A stretch of DNA of 64,000 nt, taken from contig OZ245841.1 in the NCBI GenBank assembly GCA_965228885.1, forward strand, positions 1,332,264-1,396,263. The letters run 5' to 3'. Shown one piece after another: positions 45,914-55,852 of the stretch. Under the pieces are notes generated by a model, which was not told where the DNA came from, ran no database searches, and was given only the letters and a program-made list of their open reading frames with translations. Position 1 is the first letter of the stretch, and the number at the start of each line of letters is the position of its first letter. This stretch comes from Rickettsiales bacterium. GTDB taxonomy: Bacteria > Pseudomonadota > Alphaproteobacteria > Rickettsiales > CANDYO01. A program made the position numbers and the translations under genes.

Positions 45914-46365
45914 TGGATAAACCTGTTATGAATATAGAAAAAATTATTAAAATGCTACCACATCGCTACCCTTTTTTATTAGTAGATAAAGTAATTTCTG
46001 TTGATGAAAAAGAAGAATCTTTGGTGGCACTTAAGAATGTAACTTTTAATGAACCACATTTTACTGGTCATTTTCCAGATACCCCTGTTATGCCTGGGGT
46101 TTTAATCATTGAGGCATTGGCACAAGCTGCTGCACTTTATGTTCTAAATAGTATGAATATTGAAACATGTGAAGACAAAACTGTCTATTTTATGTCTATA
46201 GACAATGCAAAGTTTCGTCAAATTGTTTCTCCAGGGGATGTCTTGCATCTTCATGTTAAAAAAGAACGCGGTCGTGGAAAAGTATGGAAATTCAGCGGAG
46301 AAGCTAAAGTAAATGGTAAATTAGTGGCAGAAAGCTTATTTACTGCGATGATTGCGGAGAAATAA
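45913..46365 (+). CDS. fabZ: 3-hydroxyacyl-ACP dehydratase FabZ
   Basis: Motifs LPHRYPFLLVDKV and FTGHFPDTPVMPGVLIIEALAQ. Confidence 0.92.
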   Translation: MDKPVMNIEKIIKMLPHRYPFLLVDKVISVDEKEESLVALKNVTFNEPHFTGHFPDTPVMPGVLIIEALAQAAALYVLNSMNIETCEDKTVYFMSIDNAKFRQIVSPGDVLHLHVKKERGRGKVWKFSGEAKVNGKLVAESLFTAMIAEK

Positions 46366-46366
46366 T

Positions 46367-47185
46367 ATGGCAAATGTAATTCACCCAACAGCTATTGTTA
46401 TGGATGGAGCCACCCTTGGTGATAACAACCATATTGGTCCATATTGTATTATTCATCCAGAAGTAACCTTAGGAAATAATAATATCTTAAAATCTCATGT
46501 AGTTTTAGATGGAAATACTGTTATAGGGAATGACAATCAATTCTTTCCATTTTCATCTATTGGCTCTCTTCCACAAGCAAAAGCATATCCTAAAGAAAAA
46601 GTCACATTAGTTATAGGTAACAATAATATATTCCGTGAATATACAACAGCTAATCCAGGCACAGATGCTGGTGGACTTATTACAAAAATTGGAGATCATT
46701 GTCTATTCATGGCTTCCAGCCATATAGCGCATGACTGCCAAGTGGGAAATGACGTTATCCTTGCAAATTGCGTTGCTCTTGCAGGACATGTCCATGTGGG
46801 AGATTTTGCTATAATTGGTGGATTATCCGCTGTACTACAACGTACAAAAATAGGATCCCATTCTATAATTGGTGGACTTTCTGGTGTTGCTGAAGATGTA
46901 ATACCCTATGGATTAGTTATGGGAGAGCGTGCGCATTTAGCAGGATTAAATGTTGTGGGACTTAAACGCCGCAAGTTTTCTCGCGACTCTATAAACGATA
47001 TTAGACGCGCATATGAAATGATATTTATCAATAATGATAATGCTACCTTCTCTGAAAGATTAAGAATGACCAAAGAAGAGTTCTCTGACTCAGAAGAAGT
47101 GATGTTAATGATAAATTTCTTACTTGAAGAAAGCAAAAATAACAACTCTGTCTGTAAACCCAAACCAAATGTTAAGAGCGCATGA
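46367..47185 (+). CDS. lpxA: acyl-ACP--UDP-N-acetylglucosamine O-acyltransferase
   Basis: Starts IHPTAIV. Hexapeptide repeats, HIAHDC and GLNVVGLKRR. An alternative start is at 46352. Confidence 0.9.
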   Translation: MANVIHPTAIVMDGATLGDNNHIGPYCIIHPEVTLGNNNILKSHVVLDGNTVIGNDNQFFPFSSIGSLPQAKAYPKEKVTLVIGNNNIFREYTTANPGTDAGGLITKIGDHCLFMASSHIAHDCQVGNDVILANCVALAGHVHVGDFAIIGGLSAVLQRTKIGSHSIIGGLSGVAEDVIPYGLVMGERAHLAGLNVVGLKRRKFSRDSINDIRRAYEMIFINNDNATFSERLRMTKEEFSDSEEVMLMINFLLEESKNNNSVCKPKPNVKSA

Positions 47186-47991
47186 CTAAACTTGGAATCA
47201 TAGCTACTAAAGGCAATTTAAGCAAAAAACTAATCGATTATGCCCAAAGTAAATTAGATATTTTTATGGTTGCTATAGAAGGCAAAACTGATCCTGAATT
47301 TGTTAAAGGAGTTGATCATGTTTGGGTGCATCTTGGAGAGATTGGCAAAGCTATAGATGCTATGAAGCAAGCCAATGTTAGCCAAATTGTTTTTTCTGGT
47401 CCCATACAGAAACCGGATATATTTAACTTAAAATTAGATATGATGGGAACTAAGTTATTCGCCAAAATGGTTAAAGATAAATTCTTTGGTGATAATAAAT
47501 TATTATCTGTGTTAACTGCTTTCCTTGAAGATCATGGTTTTAAAGTTATTGGAGTACATGAAATTTTAAAGGACTTAGTAGTTAAAGCTTCAAACTTTAC
47601 AAAACTCACTCCTAATAAAGATGATAAAGCTGATATAGATTTAGGCATGAAAGTGGTTAAAGAACTTGGAAAACTTGATATAGGGCAAGGAGCAATCACA
47701 CATGGTGGAGTAGTTCTGGGCGTAGAAGCAATAGAAGGAACTGAAGAGTTAATCAAACGCTGCGGCGAATTAAAACATAGTGATGCTTACGGCGGAGTAT
47801 TAGTTAAATTTTCAAAACCCGGGCAAGAACTTAGAACTGACCTTCCAACCATAGGAATAGAAACTGTTAAATCTATGCATGTTGCAGGATTTAAAGGAAT
47901 AGTTATTGAAGCAGAACGCGCTATATTCCTAGACAGAAAAGAATGTATTAAATATGCCGATGAACATGATATGTTTATTGTGGCAATATAA
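47182..47991 (+). CDS. lpxI: UDP-2,3-diacylglucosamine pyrophosphatase LpxI (DUF1009)
   Basis: Motifs DIGQGAITHGGVVLGVEAIEGTEELIKRCG, LVKFSKPGQELRTDLPTIG and GIVIEAERAIFLD. In the position after lpxA typical of alphaproteobacteria. Confidence 0.8.
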   Translation: MTKLGIIATKGNLSKKLIDYAQSKLDIFMVAIEGKTDPEFVKGVDHVWVHLGEIGKAIDAMKQANVSQIVFSGPIQKPDIFNLKLDMMGTKLFAKMVKDKFFGDNKLLSVLTAFLEDHGFKVIGVHEILKDLVVKASNFTKLTPNKDDKADIDLGMKVVKELGKLDIGQGAITHGGVVLGVEAIEGTEELIKRCGELKHSDAYGGVLVKFSKPGQELRTDLPTIGIETVKSMHVAGFKGIVIEAERAIFLDRKECIKYADEHDMFIVAI

Positions 47992-48113
47992 TTACTCTGC
48001 GTTGTACAAAAAAGCTATCAAAATCATTTCCTCGCTAGATCTTTGAATTAACCCATCATTAACTATTTACTATATATAATAGTTCCTTATCAAGGAATTA
48101 AAGAGGAGTAAAT

Positions 48114-49187
48114 ATGCCTGAAGATATAGAAGTAAATGAAGATTATTGTTATGATAGCCAAGACATTATTCAACTAACCTCAATATACCAATCTCAGGAA
48201 GATAATCCTAACAATATCTGGGGGCAGCCTCTAGGATTTAATGGCATTGATAATCCGCTTGAATTAGGAGGTTACAATCTAAAGCAATCATGCGAAGAGC
48301 TAAAGCCAAATCAAAAACTTTTATTGCCTATTAATTTACAAAATGCATATCACTGGGTGGGTGCAATTATTGAAAAAGTAAAAGGCAAATTCCGCATTAC
48401 CACTATGAACTCCCTAGGTGGACATGAAGATGAAATTCAAGAAACAGCTTATAAAATATCGGAAGAGTTAGGATCTGAACATAATATTGAGTTAGTACAA
48501 ACTCCTCCCAAAACCACCTTAAAACAAAAGGATAGGGCTTCCTGTGGAGCATTCGTTATGCAAAACCTAATCAATCATGCAACTCCAAAAGAAGCTGTTG
48601 AATTAGGTGGAGCAGATATACGAAGAGTTCATATGGAACTTGCTGGAGACAATTTTGCTAAAAAACAAAAATTAGACCTACAAAATAAAACAAAATCTGA
48701 ACAAGATGAAATAACGTGGAATACAGTGATAGCTAAACAGGCAGATGAAATACAAAAATTAATCCCTCAAGCCCAAGAAAGAAAAAAACATCTAGAAAAA
48801 CGTAATAATTCATTTGAGGAAGCTTTAGATCACTTACTTAAAGATTCTCAAGATAAAAATAAAGACCTAAAAAATCTATATAAAGAGTTTCCTGAACATA
48901 AAGAATTACTAGATGATGTTACATCTGAGCTAACTATTGCTTCTGCCCCCCATCGTGTATTAGAACCTAATAAATTTGAGAAAGCTCTTGATCATGTGCT
49001 TAATATTGAAGATGATCTTGTTAAAAGGATGCAGCTCCAATCAATGCAAGAAAATTTTCCAGAACAAAAGAAGTTATTAGATGATATAAAGCAATCAATG
49101 CAGCCTGAATTAACTAATACCCCCACAACAAAACCTATTGCTTACAACAGAAGAATATCCGCAAGTAAAGGAGTTAGAAGGCAATAG
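48114..49187 (+). CDS. Ulp1-like CE-clan cysteine protease (putative deubiquitinase/deSUMOylase-type effector) with two C-terminal ~45-aa repeats
   Basis: NAYHWVGAII (His), TTMNSLGG (Asn at the Asp position) and LKQKDRASCGAFVMQNL (Gln-x5-Cys). Spacing H-x18-N-x38-Q-x5-C resembles Ulp1 as I recall it (H-x16-D-x42-Q-x5-C). Repeats FEEALDHLLK...FPEHKELLDDV and FEKALDHVLN...FPEQKKLLDDI. Confidence 0.65.
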   Translation: MPEDIEVNEDYCYDSQDIIQLTSIYQSQEDNPNNIWGQPLGFNGIDNPLELGGYNLKQSCEELKPNQKLLLPINLQNAYHWVGAIIEKVKGKFRITTMNSLGGHEDEIQETAYKISEELGSEHNIELVQTPPKTTLKQKDRASCGAFVMQNLINHATPKEAVELGGADIRRVHMELAGDNFAKKQKLDLQNKTKSEQDEITWNTVIAKQADEIQKLIPQAQERKKHLEKRNNSFEEALDHLLKDSQDKNKDLKNLYKEFPEHKELLDDVTSELTIASAPHRVLEPNKFEKALDHVLNIEDDLVKRMQLQSMQENFPEQKKLLDDIKQSMQPELTNTPTTKPIAYNRRISASKGVRRQ

Positions 49188-49376
49188 TTTTAATTAGACT
49201 GATTGCGTTATTTAGAAACCTAACACCGAATTATCCAGCAAATAGAGAATCATATATGAATATACAGGCTAAGATTTCTATCACGATATAGTACAACAAA
49301 ATCCATAGCTCTTGCTTTTTTAAGCAATTATGCTATATATCAATGCTTCTAAAATTAATTATAATTATAAAATATA

Positions 49377-50123
49377 ATGGATGATTTTTTAATATTACCA
49401 TTAATAAACTATATGCAAACCTTAAGCGGTGAAGCTTTGTCTTTCATTTCTTTTGGTGCAGGTATTATTACAATGCTGTTCATGATGCGTTTCTTTGGTC
49501 TTGTTGGCTTATATGTTTACAGTTCAGCAGCCACTATAACCGCCAATATCCAAGTATTAAAACTAATGAATATGAATTTAATGCCAGAATATGTGGCTCT
49601 TGGAACTGCAACATTCTCAACTATATTTTTATGTAATGACATAATCACTGAACATTATGGAAAAGAAGCAGCAAAAAGAAGCATATGGCTAAGCTTCACC
49701 ACCCAGGTATTAGTTACTATAACTATGGTTATCTCCATTGGATTTAGACCTGTTGAAGGAAATTCAGCCCATGGTGCCATCTATGAATTATTCATGCCAG
49801 CACCAAGATTATTAATAGCAAGCTTAGCAGCATTTGTTATAAGCCAATTATTTAATATTAATATATTTGCTTGGCTTTCTAAATTTTATCATGAAAAACT
49901 GCTTTGGCTGCGTAGTAATGTTGCTTTAATGGCATCTGAATTACTTGATAATATTATATTTAGCACTCTAGCCTGGGTGATATTAGCCCCTACTCCCGTA
50001 TCCACAGCAATGTTAATTTATACTTACATCTTAGGGACTTATGTGTTAAGAGTGGTATTTGCATTATTTTCTACTCCAGTAATATATTGGAGTTATAACT
50101 TTAAATCTAGAAATGAAGTATGA
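49377..50123 (+). CDS. yhhQ: queuosine-precursor transporter (YhhQ/DUF165, VUT family)
   Basis: 248 aa with about 6 TM segments and the motif NDIITEHYGKEAAKRSIW. The stop overlaps the tgt start (ATGA). Confidence 0.7.
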   Translation: MDDFLILPLINYMQTLSGEALSFISFGAGIITMLFMMRFFGLVGLYVYSSAATITANIQVLKLMNMNLMPEYVALGTATFSTIFLCNDIITEHYGKEAAKRSIWLSFTTQVLVTITMVISIGFRPVEGNSAHGAIYELFMPAPRLLIASLAAFVISQLFNINIFAWLSKFYHEKLLWLRSNVALMASELLDNIIFSTLAWVILAPTPVSTAMLIYTYILGTYVLRVVFALFSTPVIYWSYNFKSRNEV

Positions 50124-51307
50124 CCAAATTTTCCTTTAAATATCATTGTCCAAATCCTAATTCAAAAGCACGCCTTGGAGAGTTAGAAACTCCACATGGA
50201 ATTGTTCAAACTCCTGCTTTTATTTTTTGCGCAACTAAAGCTGCTATAAAAGGATTGCATCCAGAGCAAATGAAACTTGAAGGAACTCAGTTTATTCTAT
50301 CAAATACTTATCACTTAATGCTACAGCCAGGTCCTGAAGTGATAGAAAAAGCTGGAGGATTGCATAAATTTATGGGTTGGAATGGCCCAATGCTGACTGA
50401 TTCTGGTGGATTTCAAATATTTAGCTTAGGTCATGGATCTATTGCTTCAGAAATCAAAGGAAAACGTTGTAGTAATCGCCCTAAAACATTATTAAAAATC
50501 ACCGAAGAAGGAGCCAAGTTTCGTTCCTACATTGACGGAAAAACTTGTTTCTTAAGCCCTGAGCGCTCTGTTGAAATTCAAAGAATGCTTGGGCCAGACT
50601 TTGTGGTGGTTCTAGATGAATGCACACCGTTTCATGTTGATAAGAGATATACTGCAAACTCAATGAGAATGAGCCATCGCTGGGCCTCCCGTAGCTTAGC
50701 TGAATTTAATAAACATGATAATGGTAAACAAAAGTTATACGGAATTATTCAAGGTGGAGTATATTCTGATCTACGCCAAGAAAGCTGTGATTATGTTAAT
50801 TCTAAACCATTCTTTGGCCATGCTGTCGGTGGATCTTTAGGTGCAGACAAAAACCAAATGTATGATGTAGTGGCAATGACCACTGAAATTCTAGAACGTA
50901 GCCGTCCTATCCATTTGTTAGGAATTGGTGGAATCTCTGATGTTTTCAATGGAGTTGAGCATGGTATTGACACATTTGATTGTGTTCACCCAACTAGGCT
51001 TGCTCGCCATGGTGGTGCTCTAGCAAGACCAGAAAACAGAGAAGATCAGAAAAAAGAACACCTTAATTTAAACAACGCTAAATTTAAAGATGATTTTACC
51101 CCTATTGAACCAGACTGTAGCTGCCACACCTGCAAGCATCATAGCAAAGGATATATCCACCATCTACTAAAAGCTAAAGAATTATTAGCCGCAAATCTAC
51201 TTACCATCCATAATGTCCATTTTATGAATAAAATGATGACCGCAATAAGAGAAGCGATTAAAAATGGTAAATTAGCAGAAGAAAAAAAACGCTGGATGGC
51301 TGTATGA
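50120..51307 (+). CDS. tgt: tRNA-guanine transglycosylase
   Basis: Motifs LTDSGGFQIFSL, VLDECTP, YGIIQGG, IDTFDCVHPTR and zinc site CSCHTCKHHSKGYIHH. The pocket motif reads GGSLGAD instead of the usual GGLAVGE. Confidence 0.88.
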   Translation: MTKFSFKYHCPNPNSKARLGELETPHGIVQTPAFIFCATKAAIKGLHPEQMKLEGTQFILSNTYHLMLQPGPEVIEKAGGLHKFMGWNGPMLTDSGGFQIFSLGHGSIASEIKGKRCSNRPKTLLKITEEGAKFRSYIDGKTCFLSPERSVEIQRMLGPDFVVVLDECTPFHVDKRYTANSMRMSHRWASRSLAEFNKHDNGKQKLYGIIQGGVYSDLRQESCDYVNSKPFFGHAVGGSLGADKNQMYDVVAMTTEILERSRPIHLLGIGGISDVFNGVEHGIDTFDCVHPTRLARHGGALARPENREDQKKEHLNLNNAKFKDDFTPIEPDCSCHTCKHHSKGYIHHLLKAKELLAANLLTIHNVHFMNKMMTAIREAIKNGKLAEEKKRWMAV

Positions 51308-51333
51308 GTAACAGCATGGGCTATTCATTATGC

Positions 51334-52689
51334 CTAAGATTTCCTCCAAATGCATTTTCCTCCTGGTAAATCTTCCAGGATAACTCCTTTGTCTTTAAGG
51401 CTATCACGAATAAAGTCAGCCTCTTGCCAATTCTTTTGAGCTTTAGCCTCTGAACGCTTAAGGATTTGTTCTTCAATATATTTAGCATCAACTGAAGAAT
51501 CTTTGAACCAAGAATCAGGGTTGCTTTCAAAAAAACCTAGTAACTTTCCACAAGCTTTCAGTTTTGCAGCCAATCTTGGATTATTTGTCTTATTAAATTC
51601 GTGAACATATTCATGAAGCATAGCAAAGCTCTGAGGAGTGTTTAAGTCATCAAGTAAAGTATTATAAAACTCTTGAGGTATTTCTCCATCATCAATATCT
51701 AATTTTTGCAACACTCGATAGAAGCTATCTAAAGCTTTTTTAGCATCATTTAATGCTTTATCATTCCAGTCAATTGGTTTACGGTAATGGGAATTAAGCA
51801 ATATATAGCGAATAACTTCTCCGCTAATACCTTTGTCTAAAATATCAGAAGTGGTAACGAAGTTTCCTAGAGATTTACTCATCTTCTCACCATTGACTGT
51901 TAAGAAGCCATTATGAATCCAATATTTAGCATATTTACTATTTGGATATGCGCAGCAACTCTGGGCAATTTCATTGCTATGATGAGGAAATATTAGATCC
52001 ACCCCACCTCCATGAATATCAAAACTATCTCCTAAATATTTATGGCTCATTGCTGAACACTCAATATGCCAACCTGGGCGCCCTAGCCCAAAAGGGCTAT
52101 CAAAACAATGGTCAACATCTTTAGCTGGCTTCCATAATACAAAATCTTCAGGATTTTCTTTATCTTCAGAAACTTCCACCCTTGCGCCAACAACTAAATC
52201 TTTAAGATGACGACCAGACAGATCACCATATTGAGCAAATTTATGAACTCTAAAATACACATGCCCATTACTGACATATGCATATTCATTGGAAATAAGT
52301 CTTTCAATCATTTCAATCATTTCAGGAATATGCTGGGTGGCTTTAGGCTCTATTGTTGGACTCAAACAATTAAGCTCTGCCATATTCTCTTGAAAAATAT
52401 TTGTGATTTTACTTGTTAGTTCATTAATTGAAATTTTCTGAGCAATGGCGCTATTGATAATCTTATCATCAACATCTGTAATATTTCTGATATATATTAC
52501 ATTCTTTTCTCCATATATTTTCTTTAAAAGTCGGAATAATACATCATATATAACAACAGCTAAAGCATTGCCTATATGTGGATAATCATACACCGTTGGA
52601 CCGCAAACATACATCCCTATTTTATTAGAATCTAGAGGAATAAAAAGTTCTTTTTTTTTGCTAAGGCTGTTATATAAATACAATTGCAT
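51334..52689 (-). CDS. cysS: cysteine--tRNA ligase
   Basis: HIGN and KMSKSLGN class-I signatures, plus CGPTVYD. Confidence 0.92.
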   Translation of the reverse strand: MQLYLYNSLSKKKELFIPLDSNKIGMYVCGPTVYDYPHIGNALAVVIYDVLFRLLKKIYGEKNVIYIRNITDVDDKIINSAIAQKISINELTSKITNIFQENMAELNCLSPTIEPKATQHIPEMIEMIERLISNEYAYVSNGHVYFRVHKFAQYGDLSGRHLKDLVVGARVEVSEDKENPEDFVLWKPAKDVDHCFDSPFGLGRPGWHIECSAMSHKYLGDSFDIHGGGVDLIFPHHSNEIAQSCCAYPNSKYAKYWIHNGFLTVNGEKMSKSLGNFVTTSDILDKGISGEVIRYILLNSHYRKPIDWNDKALNDAKKALDSFYRVLQKLDIDDGEIPQEFYNTLLDDLNTPQSFAMLHEYVHEFNKTNNPRLAAKLKACGKLLGFFESNPDSWFKDSSVDAKYIEEQILKRSEAKAQKNWQEADFIRDSLKDKGVILEDLPGGKCIWRKS

Positions 52690-53312
52690 CAGTTGTTATC
52701 TATTGAATTTAACGTTTTATCTATCAATGTAGCAAATGATTTATAGCTGTATACATCAACTTTCTTTTTATTAATATAGAAAACAGGGGTTCCTTTTATT
52801 TTCAGGAATTTTTTGGACCTATGGTCAAGTCTACGCAAAGCCGATTCAAGATTTTTATTATTCATGCATGCATCAAAATTTTCTGCATTCATTCCACCCA
52901 ACCCTGCTATATTTCTTAGTTTATCTAAAAAATCTGTTTGATAAGCCCAGCTTGCTTGTTTTGTTAATAATATATTCAAAAATGCTTCATATCTTGATTT
53001 ATCAATACAGTTTAGTAATAAAGTTCCAGCTTCTGAAGATTTATCCGTCATGTAACTACGCTTAATCCACATCACTTTACCCGTATCAATATACTCCTTT
53101 TTTAATCTAGGAAAAACATTGGTATGGAAGTTTTCACAATGAGGACAAGTTAAAGAATAATACTCTAGTATCTTAACAGGAGCATCAGAACTCCCAGAAA
53201 CAAAATCATATGGTCCAGGATTATAAAGATCATTACCAGCGTTGGATGGTGCTGCTGCACATACAACGCTGGTGAATAAAATAATTATAGAATAAATAAC
53301 AGAGCGTAACAT
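52689..53312 (-). CDS. DsbA-family thiol:disulfide oxidoreductase (secreted)
   Basis: Signal peptide and CPHC active site. The stop overlaps the cysS start by 1 nt (TGATG). Confidence 0.75.
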   Translation of the reverse strand: MLRSVIYSIIILFTSVVCAAAPSNAGNDLYNPGPYDFVSGSSDAPVKILEYYSLTCPHCENFHTNVFPRLKKEYIDTGKVMWIKRSYMTDKSSEAGTLLLNCIDKSRYEAFLNILLTKQASWAYQTDFLDKLRNIAGLGGMNAENFDACMNNKNLESALRRLDHRSKKFLKIKGTPVFYINKKKVDVYSYKSFATLIDKTLNSIDNN

Positions 53313-53314
53313 GA

Positions 53315-54142
53315 TTATTTCTTTTCTTTAGATTTTTCTCTCGCAGATTTAATTAACCCACTCATTGCTTCAGAATCAATAGCACCCGGGATCATTTCTT
53401 CACCAATAATGAAAGCTGGAGTTCCTCTGATGCCAAGTTGTTGAGCTAAATTTAAAGTTGCTGTTAATTCTTTTTCTATTCTAGGATCTTTTAGAGCGTC
53501 TTTTACTCTTATATGATCAATATTTAATAGTTTTAAAGTATTTTGAATAAACTCATCGCTTGGATCACGTGTACTCATTAAAGCATTATGAAAATCAACA
53601 TATTTATTAGGGGCAACTATAGCCACAGCAAGAGCCGTTTGAGCTAACTTTCTAGAGGCTCCACCAAGAACAGGATATTCTTTGAAAATTACTTTTATAT
53701 TAGAGTCTTTCTTAATAATTTCTTTTATTTCATTATTAACTTTTTTACAATATCCACAACGATAATCAAGGAAAACTACCATGGTAACATCACCATCTTT
53801 ATTTCCAGCTATCAAAGAAATTTCACTATTTTGCAACTGCCTCTTACTGTTTTTAATTGCAATTTTAGCTTCTTTTAAAGATTCTTCATATTCACGTTTT
53901 TGCATGTCTTTAATTGAAGAAATTATAATATCAGGATTCTTTTTTATAAAATCATACACTATAGTTTCTATTTCTTGTTTATTTACTGGTTGAGAAGGCA
54001 TTGCTAAAAATTCCTGCAGTTCAGATCTAATTTTATCTTTTGCTCCAAAAATGGTAATAGCTAATACAAAAATTATAGCTATATATATAATCCATTTACA
54101 TTTTCCTGATGTATTGCATTTAGTATTTTTATTAAATAACAT
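53315..54142 (-). CDS. DsbA/thioredoxin-fold thiol:disulfide oxidoreductase with an N-terminal anchor
   Basis: TM anchor WIIYIAIIFVLAITIFGA, CGYC active site and the cis-Pro region GTPAFII. Confidence 0.75.
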   Translation of the reverse strand: MLFNKNTKCNTSGKCKWIIYIAIIFVLAITIFGAKDKIRSELQEFLAMPSQPVNKQEIETIVYDFIKKNPDIIISSIKDMQKREYEESLKEAKIAIKNSKRQLQNSEISLIAGNKDGDVTMVVFLDYRCGYCKKVNNEIKEIIKKDSNIKVIFKEYPVLGGASRKLAQTALAVAIVAPNKYVDFHNALMSTRDPSDEFIQNTLKLLNIDHIRVKDALKDPRIEKELTATLNLAQQLGIRGTPAFIIGEEMIPGAIDSEAMSGLIKSAREKSKEKK

Positions 54143-54327
54143 GACTTTTCTCCTTAAATAAATTTTTCCCTATAATTTATATCTCTATTATCAGTTATTG
54201 TAAAATAGTATTTTTTTCTTTTTTCTTTTGAAAAGAGAATTAAAACTGAGGTCAAGATTTTGCTTTACCTACCAATGTCTCTCATATAAACTTAAAGTTG
54301 ATAATATTAGGATGCTATGGAGCAAAC

Positions 54328-55620
54328 ATGACAAATAAAACAGCCTCACTTCAATTTGATGAATTGAAAGCAGAAGAATTACCAATTTTGCATGCAACTA
54401 TGGGACCGAATGTTATTGACGTTACTAAACTCTATCGTGAAACAGGAATGTTTACATATGATCCTGGTTTTATGTCTACTGCTTCTTGCAAGTCTAAAAT
54501 CACTTATATTAACGGTGAAAAAGGTGTGTTAATGCATCGTGGCTACATGATACAAGATTTAGCCTCTAAGAGTGACTATCTTGAAGTTGCATATCTACTT
54601 CTTCATGGAGAATTACCAAATAAAGAAGAAAAGAGTGAATTTGTTTATCAAATAAAACATCACACTTTAGTACATGAGCAGTTACAATTTTTATTGCGTG
54701 GTTTTCCAAGGAAAGCCCATCCGATGGCCATATTAGTGGGAGCGTTCTCTTCTCTTTCAGCCGTTTACCATGATAACTTAGATATAAGAGATCCTCAACA
54801 GAGAGAAGCCGCAGCCATTCAAATGATAGCTAAGATGCCAACATTAGCTGCTATGGCCTATAAATATTCTATAGGTCAGCCATTTATGTATCCTAGAAAT
54901 GATTTAGGCTATGCTGAGAATTTTCTATACATGATGTTTGGAGTTCCATCTGAAGAATATAAAGTGAATCCTGTAATAGCTAAAGCTATTGATAAACTTT
55001 TCATTTTACACGCTGACCATGAGCAGAATGCTTCCACATCAACAGTTCGTTTGTCTAGCTCTTCTGGAGCCAATCCATTTGCGTGTATTGGTGCTGGAAT
55101 CGCTTCTTTATGGGGACCAGCACATGGCGGAGCTAATGAAGCGGTGATTCGTATGCTAAAAGAAATTGGTCATAAAAACAATATTCCTGAATATATTGCT
55201 AGAGCAAAAGATAAGAATGATAGTTTTGTTTTAATGGGATTCGGTCATAGAGTTTATAAAAATTATGATCCAAGAGCTATGGTTTTAAGAGAATCTTGTC
55301 ATGAAGTTTTGAGAGAATTAAACATTAAAAATGAACCTTTACTAGATATCGCTATAGAATTAGAAAAAATTGCTTTAAATGATGAATATTTTATTGAACG
55401 TAAATTATATCCCAATGTAGATTTCTATTCAGGTATTATATATAAAGCAATGGGAATCCCTGCACAGATGTTTACCGTATTATTTGCTACAGCCAGAATT
55501 TCAGGATGGATTGCACAGTGGAAAGAAATGATGGAAGATCCTACTAATAAAATAGGACGTCCAAGACAATTATACACAGGCTATACCGAAAGAAAATTCA
55601 TCCCTATAAACAAAAGATAA
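54328..55620 (+). CDS. gltA: citrate synthase
   Basis: Motifs [14 protein letters not shown] and [13 protein letters not shown]. The start [10 protein letters not shown] at 54328 is preferred over the TTG at 54298. Confidence 0.93.
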   Translation: MTNKTASLQFDELKAEELPILHATMGPNVIDVTKLYRETGMFTYDPGFMSTASCKSKITYINGEKGVLMHRGYMIQDLASKSDYLEVAYLLLHGELPNKEEKSEFVYQIKHHTLVHEQLQFLLRGFPRKAHPMAILVGAFSSLSAVYHDNLDIRDPQQREAAAIQMIAKMPTLAAMAYKYSIGQPFMYPRNDLGYAENFLYMMFGVPSEEYKVNPVIAKAIDKLFILHADHEQNASTSTVRLSSSSGANPFACIGAGIASLWGPAHGGANEAVIRMLKEIGHKNNIPEYIARAKDKNDSFVLMGFGHRVYKNYDPRAMVLRESCHEVLRELNIKNEPLLDIAIELEKIALNDEYFIERKLYPNVDFYSGIIYKAMGIPAQMFTVLFATARISGWIAQWKEMMEDPTNKIGRPRQLYTGYTERKFIPINKR

Positions 55621-55852
55621 GTTTTTATAGGCTCATAACCATAAAAATACTGTGCTTTATAAGCAACATAATTATATATTATACAAGCTAAATGCTTATT
55701 TTTCCCAAAAAGAATCTATATTAACTTTTTATTAAGGAATGAGAGTGTAAACTTGTCTTCAATGAGCGCTTTGTAGATATAGTGTATGTATTTATAAACC
55801 TCGCTACGTTATACTATATATTTTTAATTACTATTCAATTTAGGAGTAAAAC

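Noticed and set aside
49188-49376. A preQ1 riboswitch upstream of yhhQ.
   Set aside because: I looked for the compact preQ1-I signature (short stem, an ACCC-like loop segment and an A-rich tail ending CUA) and for preQ1-II-like features. I saw nothing convincing in this AT-rich leader. A covariance-model scan would be needed to exclude it fully.
52689-54142. The tandem DsbA-like genes as a novel system.
   Set aside because: Two DsbA-family paralogs (CPHC and CGYC), with the downstream one overlapping cysS by 1 nt, are a common arrangement in alphaproteobacteria and Rickettsiales. Nothing unusual is seen beyond the tight packing.
54298-54327. N-terminal extensions given by the ORF track for gltA (54298), nagZ (24403), mgtE (34008), the NUDIX gene (38874), nfu (62295), lpxD (44873), the MFS gene (24018) and the CA-like ORF (60988).
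   Set aside because: The internal ATG codons have better Shine-Dalgarno spacing, and they give N-termini that match the family consensus. The extensions run into repeats or neighbouring genes.
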